Of a stretch of 64,000 bases of DNA, positions 1-11,056 are shown in pieces. The notes under the pieces were generated by a model. The model was given only the letters and a program-made list of their open reading frames with translations, did not search any database and was not told the DNA's origin. Position numbers and translations under genes: made by a program. This DNA is from Lingula anatina (taxonomy: Eukaryota > Animalia > Brachiopoda): positions 8,184,001-8,248,000 of the forward strand of contig CM120643.1 in assembly GCA_051362555.1 (NCBI GenBank). The letters are read 5' to 3'. Every line of letters starts with the position of its first letter. The first letter of the stretch is position 1.

Positions 1-975
1 ATACTGTATATATCTGAACATGCTTTCTGATGTTGTGAGGCAACCAAGCTAACAGTGTTTAAAATATTGACCTTCAGTAATAAGTCTTCAGACAAATATT
101 CACTTTGTTAACGTATCAGACTCTAGACAACCAGACATAACAAGTTACACAAGACCGATATTTATGGCTTTTTCTTGGGAAGTTTTCACAGTGGGAACCT
201 GAACTGGGTATGCTGGTTCTATAAAGTACATGGCACAGGTCAAACTCTATATTATATGTTGTATTGCTTTGCAGTTGTGGATCGGAGAGAGCTGCAACAC
301 TCACTCGTGATCGCCACTTGTGATCCTTGCCCTCTTTAGGCAAAAATTTGGTACAACCTTTGTATTAGAAAAAGAGTTTTGCTTCATTTTTTTTAAACCA
401 AGTACTTTCATTTCACACAAACATAGGTCAGAAAGAAAAAAAAAACTTATAAAATTTTCATCTAATCCATGGGCTAGGAAAAAGAATCAAGATTTTATGC
501 CAATTTTTCATTGCCAATTATGACTTCTTTCAATAGAAAACAAAACAAGACGGTCTGCCCCAATATAAGGTAAGTATAATTGCAACAGGCCCTAGCTAAA
601 CTCACAACCCAATTAGAATCGTCATTTACTTTCTAATTTTCAGAGCATTGAATGCACCTTTCAGAAATACAAAAAATGAATATCATCCGACCTCCACAAG
701 AGAAAATGAGACTTCATTACTCCTAAATGTGTGGGAAGCTTCTTGTTAGCTGCCAATCAAACTAGAGGATCAGAGAGGCGATACCGCCTCCGAATATTGT
801 ACCACCAGCTGGAGCAAGCGCATTCGTATAGACCCCCACATACACAAAATAAGGGGTGCAGCCACCAGTCTTGTGCTTGACAAGCTGTAAAAATGCAATC
901 AACAAGAATTTTCAAAATATGCAAAAAATATATATAACTAAAAATGGTGCAATCAAAGTTAAGTTCATTGTAAGG

Positions 976-1966
976 TAGGTCAAAGGTCAATTTCAAGGTC
1001 ACAGTAAATTGCCAGTATATGACTTCCTATCCAACTTCAATAGTAACTATGGACCTATCTCTGCCAGTTTTGGAGATAAAAGGGAAGCAAAATTTGCAAA
1101 GTTCAGTTCATGGTGAAAAGTAGGTCAAAGGTCAATTTCAAGGTCACAGTAAGATTGCCAGTATATGACTTCCTATTCAACTTCAATAGTAACTATGGAC
1201 CTATCTCTGCCAGTTTTGGAGATAAAAGGGAAGCAAAATTTGCAAAGTTCAGTTCATGGTGAAAAGTAGGTCAAAGGTCAATTTCAAGGTCACATTTAGA
1301 TTGCCAGTATATGACTTCCTATTCAACTTCAATAGTAACTATGGACTTATCTCTGCCAGTTTTGGAGATAAAAGGGAAGCAAAATTTGCAAAGTTCAGTT
1401 CATGGTGAAAAGAAGGTCAAAGGTCAATTTCAAGTTCACAGTAAAATTGCCAGTATATGACTTCCTATGCAAGTTCAATAGTAACTATGGACCTATCTCT
1501 GCCAGTTTTGGAGATAAAAGGGAAGCAAATTTTGCAAAGTTCAGTTCAAGGTGAAAAGTAGGTCAAAGGTCAATTTCAAGGTCACAGTAAAATTGCCAGT
1601 ATATGACTTCCTATTCAAGTTCAATAGTAACTATGGACCTATCTCTGCCAGTTTTGGAGATAAAAGGGAAGCAAAATTTGCAAAGTTCAGTTCATGGTGA
1701 TAAGTAGGTCAAAGGTCAATTTCAAGGTCACAGTAAGATTGCCAGTATATGATTTCCTATTCAACTTCAATAGTAACTATGGACCTATCTCTGCCAGTTT
1801 TGGAGATAAAAGGGAAGCAAAATTTGCAAAGTTCAGTTCATGGTGAAAAGTAGGTCAAAGGTCAATGTCAAGGTCACAGTAAGATTGCCAGTATATGACT
1901 TCCTATTCAACTTCAATAGTAACTATGGACCTATCTCTGCCAGTTTTGGAGATATAAGGGACTAAA
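976..1966. repeat. 146-bp tandem repeat (satellite), ~6.8 near-identical copies
   Basis: Unit begins (T)AGGTCAAAGGTCAATTTCAAGGTCACAG at about 976, 1121, 1267, 1413, 1559, 1705 and 1851 (period 145-146). Confidence 0.95.
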
Positions 1967-2206
1967 TGTTATAATTTTGGAGTTACCATAATGTGCCATA
2001 AATTTCCTACAGAAAAAATTAATTAAAATAAAGAAAAGGTCATTTTGGTCAAAGTTCTTGAAATGGGAGGTTCTCTGAAGTTGGAGAAGTTTAAATTTGA
2101 TAAAATAATGTCATTTTTGACCACAAGTTGTCTGCTTTGCGAAGCATTATGTTTTATTTTTCCGGAGTTCAAAATTTATTATCCATTACCGTACTGCACA
2201 TTTTTA

Positions 2207-2494
2207 CGGAAGCCGACTGGTGCCATATGTTGAAAAAAAAAATTATCTCGAAATTTCGAGATAGCATTTTTTTTGTTCAAATTTCAAAATACTATCTCGA
2301 AATTTCGAGATAAATTTTTTTGCTCAAATATCAAAATGCTATCTCGAAATTTCGAGATAATTTTTTTTTTGTTCAAATTTCAAAATGCTATCTCGAAATT
2401 TCGAGATAAAAATTTTTTTTGTTCAAATTTCAAAATAGTATCTCGAAATTTCGAGATAATTTTTTTATCTACATATGGCACCAGTCGGCTTCCG
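2207..2494. mobile_element. MITE with ~24-bp TIRs and TA target duplication, filled with palindromic ~48-bp repeats
   Basis: TA|CGGAAGCCGACTGGTGCCATATGT ... ACATATGGCACCAGTCGGCTTCCG|TA. Five internal TATCTCGAAATTTCGAGATA palindromes at ~48-bp spacing. Confidence 0.8.
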
Positions 2495-4056
2495 TACATT
2501 TTCCTTTCACCACCAATATGTACTTTCTGATACAGCGTAACTCGAAAACCGTATGGAATACAAAAAAACCGAGACCACTTCCAGTGTTGGGCTTTACATG
2601 CTCTACAAAATGCAAAAAAGAATGGGTCTCTAGCATTAACGGTTCCCGAATTAGAGACAGTTTTCAGTTTCGGTATCTTATGGCCGCTACTCCTGTGAAA
2701 ATGCACCGATTGACCCCAAATTCACGGAGATGAAAGATGACCTGAAGGGTAACACTTTCCAATAATATTATTGGTTAAGTCTTTGTGGCGTCTGAATAAC
2801 AGGGCAAAAAAATTTTTTTTCGTAAAAAATTTCATTTTTTTGAAAATTTTGACCCATTTGACCTTGAAGTAAAGGTCAAAGGTCAAATCCGAGGGTATAT
2901 TTGAAATCTACACATATGACTTTTGGAAAGCCGTCTATAGAAATTTTTCCCGTAACTCCTTCTGTAGGGTAGATAATTAGCATTTAATTTTGCCATTTTT
3001 AGACAAGGGTGCATTGCAATGAGTGCCACACCCAGACCCCAATACCAACAAAGCCCAAATTTTACGTGGAACGAGTTGAGATTATAGGTGACCTAAATCC
3101 ATGAGATGGGTACGGGGGCCCTTACCGTCTAGGAGGAGAAGCGGTAACGGTAACATGGCGGCGGAGCCGGCGGAACGGACCGGACGGGACCGAAACCATG
3201 TGTACCGCCAGCGCTAACGCTGGTGGTAAATTTTTTTGTTCAAATTTCAAAATAGTATCTCGAAATTTCGAGATAATTTTTTTTTCTACATATGGCACCA
3301 GTGGGCTTCCGTACATTTTCCTTTCACCACCAATATGTACTTTTTGATACAGCGTAACTCGAAAACCGTATGGAATACAAAAAAACCGAGACCACCTCCA
3401 GTGTTGGGCTTTACATGCTCTACAAAATGCAAAAAAGAATGGGTCTCTAGCATTAACGGTTCCCGAATTAGAGACAGTTTTCAGTTTCGGTATCTTATGG
3501 CCGCTACTCCTGTGAAAATGCACCGATTGACCCCAAATTCACGGAGATGAAAGATGACCTGAAGGGTAACACTTTCCAATAATATTATTGGTTAAGTCTG
3601 TGTGGTGTCTGAATAACAGGGCAAAAAAATTTTTTTTCGTAAAAAATTTCATTTTTTTGAAAATTTTGGCCCATTTGACCTTGAAGTAAAGGTCAAAGGT
3701 CAAATCCGAGGGTATATTTGAAATCTACACATATGACTTTTGGAAAGCCGTCTGTAGAAATTTTTCCCGTAACTCCTTCCGTAGGGTAGATAATTAGCAT
3801 TTAATTTTGCCATTTTTGGACAAGGGTGCATTGCAATGAGTGCCACACCCAGACCCCAATACCGACAAAGCCCAAATTTTACGTGGAACGAGTTGAGATT
3901 ATAGGTGACCTAAATCCATGAGATGGGTATGGGGGGCCTTACCGTCTAGGAGGAGAAGCGGTAACGGTAGCCGTCCGGCGGAGCCGGCGGAGCCGGCGGA
4001 ACGATCCGGACGAGACCGAAACCATGTGTACCGCCAGCGCTAACGCTGGTGGTACA
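2411..4056. repeat. 817-bp head-to-tail tandem duplication (~2411-3227 and ~3228-4056)
   Basis: Near-identical sequence at offset 817; spurious ORFs 2419-2733 and 3236-3550 are almost identical. Confidence 0.95.
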
Positions 4057-4808
4057 ACAAGGAACCAGGAAAAAAAGTACATACATTAATTATGGAGATG
4101 GTAAAAATGGGTATAATTGGCTCCAGAGTAAAGTATATCCCAGAAACCAGTGCAGCGCTAGCAGTGTTTTAATCATGTATTTTGCATTATTATAGAGCTG
4201 GTAATTTATTCCCCTGGTGATTTCTTAATGATGGATTAGGATCTGTTCAGTGAAGAAACATGTTTTTCTTTTTGCCAAATTGAAGAAAATAAATACTCTC
4301 TCTCTCTCTCTCTCACACTTCTTGCCTACTAGTATCCACATTTCTACATTAAAAGCTACACATTTAAACGGTGAATAAATTATCACCATTTCAATTTTTA
4401 TCAATACCATTTTAAAAAAATGAAAAATCCTTTGATTTCCAAATGTAGTTACAATACATAGTACAAGGTATACATTTATCAAAAACCGGTCCAAGGATGA
4501 ATTAACACGAATGCCCAACACGAAATAAGTGGTTTCACACAGAAAATACCATGTTCATCACTATGGTTCTTACATGGTATCAATCAAGTGAGAGTTATAA
4601 CATGTTCCCATGCTCTGAAGCATGAAGTGTATGTGTTTTTGTGTGCAGAGGTTTAACCTTCAGCATTCCATGTGCTTTTTTTATGTCCAATTTTTCTAGT
4701 AGCACCATAGGAGGAAACGAAAGGAAGTATAAAACTATGCTGTTATGGAACATCTGCATTGGCTTTCACTGCCAGAAACAACACTCACAGTCAATGAACT
4801 TCATATAT

Positions 4809-4976
4809 CAGGGGCGGATTTAGGCCGTCTTCTGGGTCTTCCGGAAGACGGTCAGATTTTTAAGTTTACATTGACGGGTATCTAATGTTTTCTGTCGGAA
4901 GACGGTCAAAAATGGAGGATGGATTAACAAAGATAATTTAGAAGACTGTCAGAAAATATCTCTGGATCCGTCCCTG
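4809..4976. mobile_element. MITE with CAGGGGCGGAT TIRs, copy 1
   Basis: CAGGGGCGGATT...GGATCCGTCCCTG flanked by TATAT on both sides; near-identical copy at 12083-12249. Confidence 0.8.
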
Positions 4977-5237
4977 TATATAAAACTGAATAGCTATGAA
5001 ACGATATTTTTCTGACAAAAATTTATCTTCTGATTGTTGACATGAAATACATTTCCACTGTACAAGTCAGTGGTTTCACAGTACAGGACATATGATTCCA
5101 TAGTATCATATTTTCACCTCTTGTTTCCAGGGTTCTGTTTACACTTTGTGGCAAGAGTTGAGATTTAATCAATAGGCCAGCTCATGTTTTAAGATTATAC
5201 TTTCCATTTTTCTACACTGAAATATAGCTGTGCCTTA

Positions 5238-5452
5238 GACCCCATTCCCACAGATTTTAGATCGATCTATCCCCGAGGGGAGTCTCACTAGATTACTGTC
5301 AGCTTAGCCGGCTTAAATGTCTGTCCCGCCTACTAAAAGCTCTAAGGGGGTAATTAACTTCCGTGCGCGGTTGGCTGACAGCAATTTAGTGTGAACCCCC
5401 AGGGAGTTAGGTCGATCTAGTTGGATCGATCTAAATCTCTGGGAATGCGCTC
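5238..5452. mobile_element. PIF/Harbinger-like MITE (TTA target duplication), copy 1
   Basis: TTA flanks; imperfect TIR arms CATTCCCACAGATTTTAGATCGATC / GATCGATCTAAATCTCTGGGAATG; homologous copy at 47961-48175. Confidence 0.75.
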
Positions 5453-6072
5453 TTACAGACTGATAATAATTCCAACAGAATAAGCCAACTCATTAGCAGC
5501 TACGTAGCCAATTTATAAGATAAAATTTAAGATACAGGATTTACTTAGAAAAGACTACTGTACAAACGAAATTGGCACTTGAATGAGGTTGTGTTCAATG
5601 TTTAGGCCTGAACAAATTATTCAACATCACTGATGCTCAAGTTTCTTTAAATCTCCATTTTTTTACTTTCCCACAAACAAAATACATTCACTACGTAAGC
5701 ACATGTAAAGCATGTACAAATATCTGCTATTTACATTCCCCTGTGTGCTCTATTACTTTTAAATACCAGATTGCACAAATAAAAAACTTTCAAAAAACAC
5801 ATTTATACATTTGCACCGCATTTTTTCTCATGAATAAAATCAATCAGCAGATAATGATCGTTGAGATTTTACCCCAGGAAAGAAGCTCAGCTGCTGCCAG
5901 CAATAATAGCTTTTTCCAAGAAAGATTCAGAACTCATTTTGAACCCAACTAGGAGCAAAAGTCTCAGGGAACAATTTTCATCTTTTTTTTTTTTTTTTAA
6001 TGTGGTTTTTATTTTGCACTTAAATTGTTGTCAAAGGTAGATCAATATAAAAAAGTGTAAGTTGGAAAATGG

Positions 6073-6266
6073 GCTTGGATAAAAAAAACAAAGTACATGC
6101 TGAAATCATGCCATCCAATTTTACATTTTTTGTGTAATTATTGAATGTTTTTCCCTTTTTTCCTACAGGCTTGGATAAAAAAACTGAAAGTACATGCTGA
6201 AATCATGCCATCCAATTTTACATTTTTTGTGTAATTATTGAATGTTTTTCCCTTTTTTCCTACAGG
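6073..6266. repeat. ~95-bp tandem duplication (2 copies)
   Basis: GGCTTGGATAAAAAAA...TTTTTTCCTACAGG occurs twice back to back. Confidence 0.9.
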
Positions 6267-9200
6267 ATCAATACTGTCTATGACTCAATTAGATGAACAG
6301 CAGTCATAGGGAAGAACAACTAGCACCAGTCCAAAACAGGAAATTGATTCAATAAAAAGAATATGAAACTTCAGAAATAAGCCCCTTTCATCAAAGATGT
6401 ATGTAAAAATACACCCAGAAATCAACATAGGACCAATATTTTTGACTGCAATATTTCAGAGGGGCTTTAGAAACTGAAAACCAATAAAATGTTGAAAAAA
6501 ATAAACATTTCCAAGTTATAACATGTAATCATTTATAGTGAAGAGAGATTGAGAGGGCGGTGAAAATATGTGAACAATTTGACACTGATATGCTTATTTG
6601 TGACGCTCAATATTTTTAGTACTGTTGAATGAATATCAGAAATAACTCCAAGAAAACCAGATTAAGTGTATAAATATGCAATTTTCTAGAGAAGCTGTAT
6701 TCATCCCTCAATACAAGCAAGTGCCAGACAACCCTGTTTGATTTAAAGCAACATGTTCTGTTTTTAGGGACACAGCTGTATGGTAAGGGCAAAATATCAC
6801 ATGCTTTTCATTTCACGTTATTGAGCGAGTGCTGTTTTTCTTTCTTTTTTTTTTTCTTTTTCCATCTCTATGAGAACTGTTACACCAGCTGCATGCTTTA
6901 GATAGCTTCTCCATACAAACATATTTCAACTGGGGAGAAGTCAGCTCCACTATATTAATACTACAGTCAACTGAACTCCAGTAGGTGTATAAGCTATTCT
7001 AATGAGATGCAACCTGTCTGCATGTAGATACTAGTAGAAAAGGGGCAGGTAGACTGTATTACCCCATGCAGAATCTGCCTAGACAAAACAGCAAGATCAC
7101 TTGAAGTTGGAAACTGGTGCGTTATACACGCTCCAGGAGCGTTCTAGGTATAGCCAGGTGTAAACTGAGCATCTGTCAGCCACAACATTTGAACACATTA
7201 CTTCAGCACACATCCATACACATCTGTGGAATACATGACCGTTTTTTTTTCTCTAACCTTTCAGCTTTGAAAGCTATATTTATAAGTACGTACCAGCTTC
7301 TTAATCTTTATTACATGTATTACTTATGCGGAATATCAGAAAGGTACATATACTAAATATACAATTTTTTTTTGGGGGGGGGGGTGCAGGGCAGGTGATT
7401 GAATGTTCATAGACACTTAAAATTTTTCAAAATCACCCACGTCATGCTACAGCTCCAAAAAACATTTAAAAAAATTTTGACATCCTGTTCAGCCATGTGA
7501 ATAACACATGCACCAAAAACGTGCATTACGATACTGAACACTGTGCACGCCTTTTTCTCCGCAGGTTAAATTGCTTAAAACGATGCTATTTTCATTGTCT
7601 GCAGCTATCCATACACAATAAGCAAAGTAAGGGGGTCTGACACAAAACACTCCTGAGCGTACCCTGTAGTTAACACAATAACAGCAAGATAAAATATGTA
7701 CACAAGCACACTATTACACTGGGGAACATAGCGCTTACACTCGCCAATTTAGCCAAATGCTACAACTGACTTAAACTGGCTAAACAAAATAGCAAATGCA
7801 CAATGTAATGGGTATATTAACTCAACTTGTTGTAATGCATCTATGCAATGTCCAGTCTGTCCCATTTTAAATTTCTCAGCAGTGGCATGACAATGCAAGC
7901 AGGTTATTCACTATAAACTTGGATGTATAAAATGTGATAAGTACCCTAGTATATATGGCACAGGGCTTATAATCTACAAACACCAAAATCCTTAAAATAC
8001 ACCATTGTGATATATATATATATATATGAAACATGTTCAATACTGAATTATAGCATAATGAAAGCAAAGTGACTATTGTTAAAATGTAATTTATCAACTG
8101 ACTCCCTGCATTTTTCCCTACTCTATATATACTGCTGACTCACACAAGACACAAATCCATACTAGTAGTAAGTCTAAAAACGATATCCCCCCCCCCAAAG
8201 ATCACTGGAAACTGGTCTGCATTCATCTGCTATTTCATACAGACAACAGACAAGACAGTTCTCATTGCCCTCCGTGATACTCAGGGCGTACATATAACCA
8301 GAAACACAATGACATCCTACTAGTCTTGGCAGAGAACAGGAAACATGAGAAGACCTTTTTAGAGTGTATTTACTGATAAAACAGGTGTAATATCCTGCAG
8401 ACCCAATAAAGACCCATGTGTGACCTTCATCCACCAACTGTGCCCGGAGCTTGGTTTAAATCTTTCCTGCACCTGTAAGTAAGGGCTCAAGGCACTCTGG
8501 TTAAATCTGAGGCTATTTCGTAGCATTTGAACTTCATTGCTGATTACATTAAGGATAGCCATTGGTATTTTTTTTTTTAGGTAATTCAAGGTTCAATTTT
8601 CAAGAATAATTCTAATATATATATTTTTTTGAGGGCAAGAGGGGGGGGGGGGGCTCATAATAAAACTAATGTGACAGACCAATTTAAAAGCTATTTTGGA
8701 AAGGCAAATGTATTATAGGAATGTCAAAACAAATAATTTTGACTAAGGCCGGATATCTTTTGATTAACTACACAAATACGAAAAGAAAAGGGGAAATGCA
8801 ATTGAATTCTCTTGATTGAAATTTTTCTGAAAAGCTGTTTACAATTACACACAGAAAATGAAAATACTTTTGGGTCATTTTAGTGTAATATTAGTAAGAA
8901 AAACTATGTAACTACAAAAACGCAAAGAAAATTATATTTGGTCCAATGGATCATAAAACAACGACTACAAATAGTAAGTAGTCGAGAGCTACACCCACAT
9001 ATCAGAGGTCAGGCAAATTCTCGAATTTTGTAGATTACAATGAGCTTAAAACGGGAAACGGACGTTAAAATGAAACGAAGAAGATGCACGTTGAGCTAAA
9101 CCATGTGCGCCTTCCCAATTCTTGATTGTTAATAACCTTGCTGGCTTGATTTGAATGTAAATTGTATCATGACTGTGGTAGGACATATTTCCTAGGAGCA

Positions 9201-9305
9201 TGTCCGGAGTTCGATTAAAACTACCAGTTTTTCATCCTTAATATCACTATATCTTACAATACTAGTTAAGAGTCATATATTGCGTTATATGATAATCATT
9301 TCTTT

Positions 9306-9450
9306 TACTTACCGTCGATAAATCGATCTAAATCCGCAATCAATGCTTCATCAATTTTTGACTTTACGCGGGCAAAACAAAGCCACGTGTAGCATGTGAC
9401 CTCAGCAACGAATGTGATTGGTTAATGGTGGAAATTCCACTCAATCAGGA
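9306..9450 (-). promoter_or_regulatory. Possible promoter and non-coding first exon of a leftward-transcribed gene
   Basis: Local CpG enrichment, strong minus-strand donor (CG|GTAAGT at ~9306-9313), E-box CACGTG (~9384) and CCAAT box (TGATTGG, ~9415). No coding exons identified, so this is inference. Confidence 0.3.
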
Positions 9451-10675
9451 CCTACATAAAAATATTAATGAAATTACTTTTCTTGTTTATGAGCATTCCA
9501 ATGGGCTTAGACCTACACGAATGCACATTGTTTGAAGTTATTATTATAATGCTGAATATTGACAAATATATATACTAACCTCTATTACATTTTTACTTTA
9601 AAATCTTGAAAGGACTTATGACACATGCTGCCATCTATTAGACTTTGGATGAACTATATTAGATTTACATGGCCACCAAATTGTATCATGACTGTCCCAC
9701 CAAATGTTACCATCGAAACTTCACGTGTCACCCGACTTAAGATTATTTAGCTTTAATATAGAAGACCTTTATGTATTTGATGAAGTCTCCCCCAAACAAA
9801 TAAACGGATAGATAAATAACAATGAAATAGGTAAAAAGAAAAAGAAATGTTGAGATTTTTAAATAATTAAAATTATTCAAAGATTCAGTAAACCATTTAA
9901 CAATTTATTAATAATGACAATGTAACAAGAGTAATCAAATAAATCTTTAGATTTCAGTCTGCACATATTTATAACATTAGTCAATTTGTTACGAATAATA
10001 TTATTCCATAGCATTAAAATAATACCTTTCATAATAAAGGTAATTTTTTATGTTAACCTTTTATATTCTGATAAAGGTTTGTGACAATAAATTCATACAT
10101 ACAATTACTTTATTTTAAAATCAAAATTAATATTTACTTGTTTAATACAAACAAAATGAAGAATAAACAAAGTCTTAAAATATCCAATAAATGAAACACA
10201 AGCTGTTGCAAATATCTTCCTGAATTTGATAGTGTCTTCTAAAGTTACTTGCTATCCCTGACAAATACGAATGAAAAAGAACCAAATGTGGTTACAGCTC
10301 TGAATAACTCAAAAGTAAATCTTAAAATTGCACATTATTAAATAAATGTATAAATCACAAATAAAGGATCAAATAGAGGTAGGTAACTAAGAATTGCTTT
10401 GCAAAAAATCTAAACTGATCAAACTAAATCTCATCCAAAATACTTTTAATTAAATCAGTCTAAGGATTCAACTTGCACAGTCCATATGGGACCTAATGCA
10501 ATGTACAGGAACGTTGAAACTGGTCTCAACATTACAGGATATTTTCATAGTGTCCTAGTGTCCATTGCATTAGGTGAGAAAAGAACATGTCTGCTGCAAT
10601 GGCTGAAGCTCATCTAACACAATGGTGAACGGCATCACTTGTAATGTACAACAACCACATCCCAGCTCCAATCCA

Positions 10676-11004
10676 CTACAACCTCTCCCAGCATTCTAAT
10701 TCCGCGTCTAAGTTCAGTTTGACCACTTGACCAGACTCTATGGACTCCTGGCAAGCCTTGGCTATTTTGCTGACCATCACTACTTCCTGTGGTTTGACCT
10801 CGACCTCTGTCTTACCTGGAATACATTTTGCACAGATTACAACTACTGCAGACACAATTAAGACTTGAACCTGTTCTGGTGGAGTCTCAAAAGACACCAC
10901 AAGACAAGCAAATTAATTTACCATTGATACCCTCTGCCAAGTGAGCACTTGTTGTAGACCTCCCTCTGTAATTATAATGCACAGGTCACTATGACTTACC
11001 TGCC

Positions 11005-11056
<52 letters not shown>

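Larger units (their letters stand above)
762..4057 (-). mobile_element. Non-autonomous Helentron/Helitron-like element (HINE family A), ~3.3 kb, with internal satellite, nested MITE and tandem duplication
   Basis: 13-bp subterminal inverted repeat TTGTACCACCAGC (797-809) / GCTGGTGGTACAA (4045-4057). Hairpin TGTACCGCCAGCG-CTAA-CGCTGGTGGTACA (4027-4056) at one end. At the other end, hairpin GAGGCG-ATAC-CGCCTC (775-790) lies ~10 nt from a CTAG terminus (762-765) followed by TT on the minus strand. Internal tandem repeats. This matches the known DINE-1/HINE architecture. Confidence 0.75.

Noticed and set aside
1-523. Short ORFs 116-343 (-) and 320-523 (+) as exons of a flanking gene
   Set aside because: No recognisable domain, and no convincing phase-consistent splice sites could be linked.
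2244-2460. CRISPR-like regularly spaced palindromic repeats
   Set aside because: The spacers are near-identical, the array lies within MITE TIRs, the context is eukaryotic and there are no cas genes.
2380-3550. Duplicated ~104-133 aa ORFs
   Set aside because: Chance frames within the duplicated non-coding mobile element.
8174-8589. Minus-strand ORFs with a plausible acceptor at ~8473
   Set aside because: Could be a UTR exon, but there is no protein similarity or clear donor.
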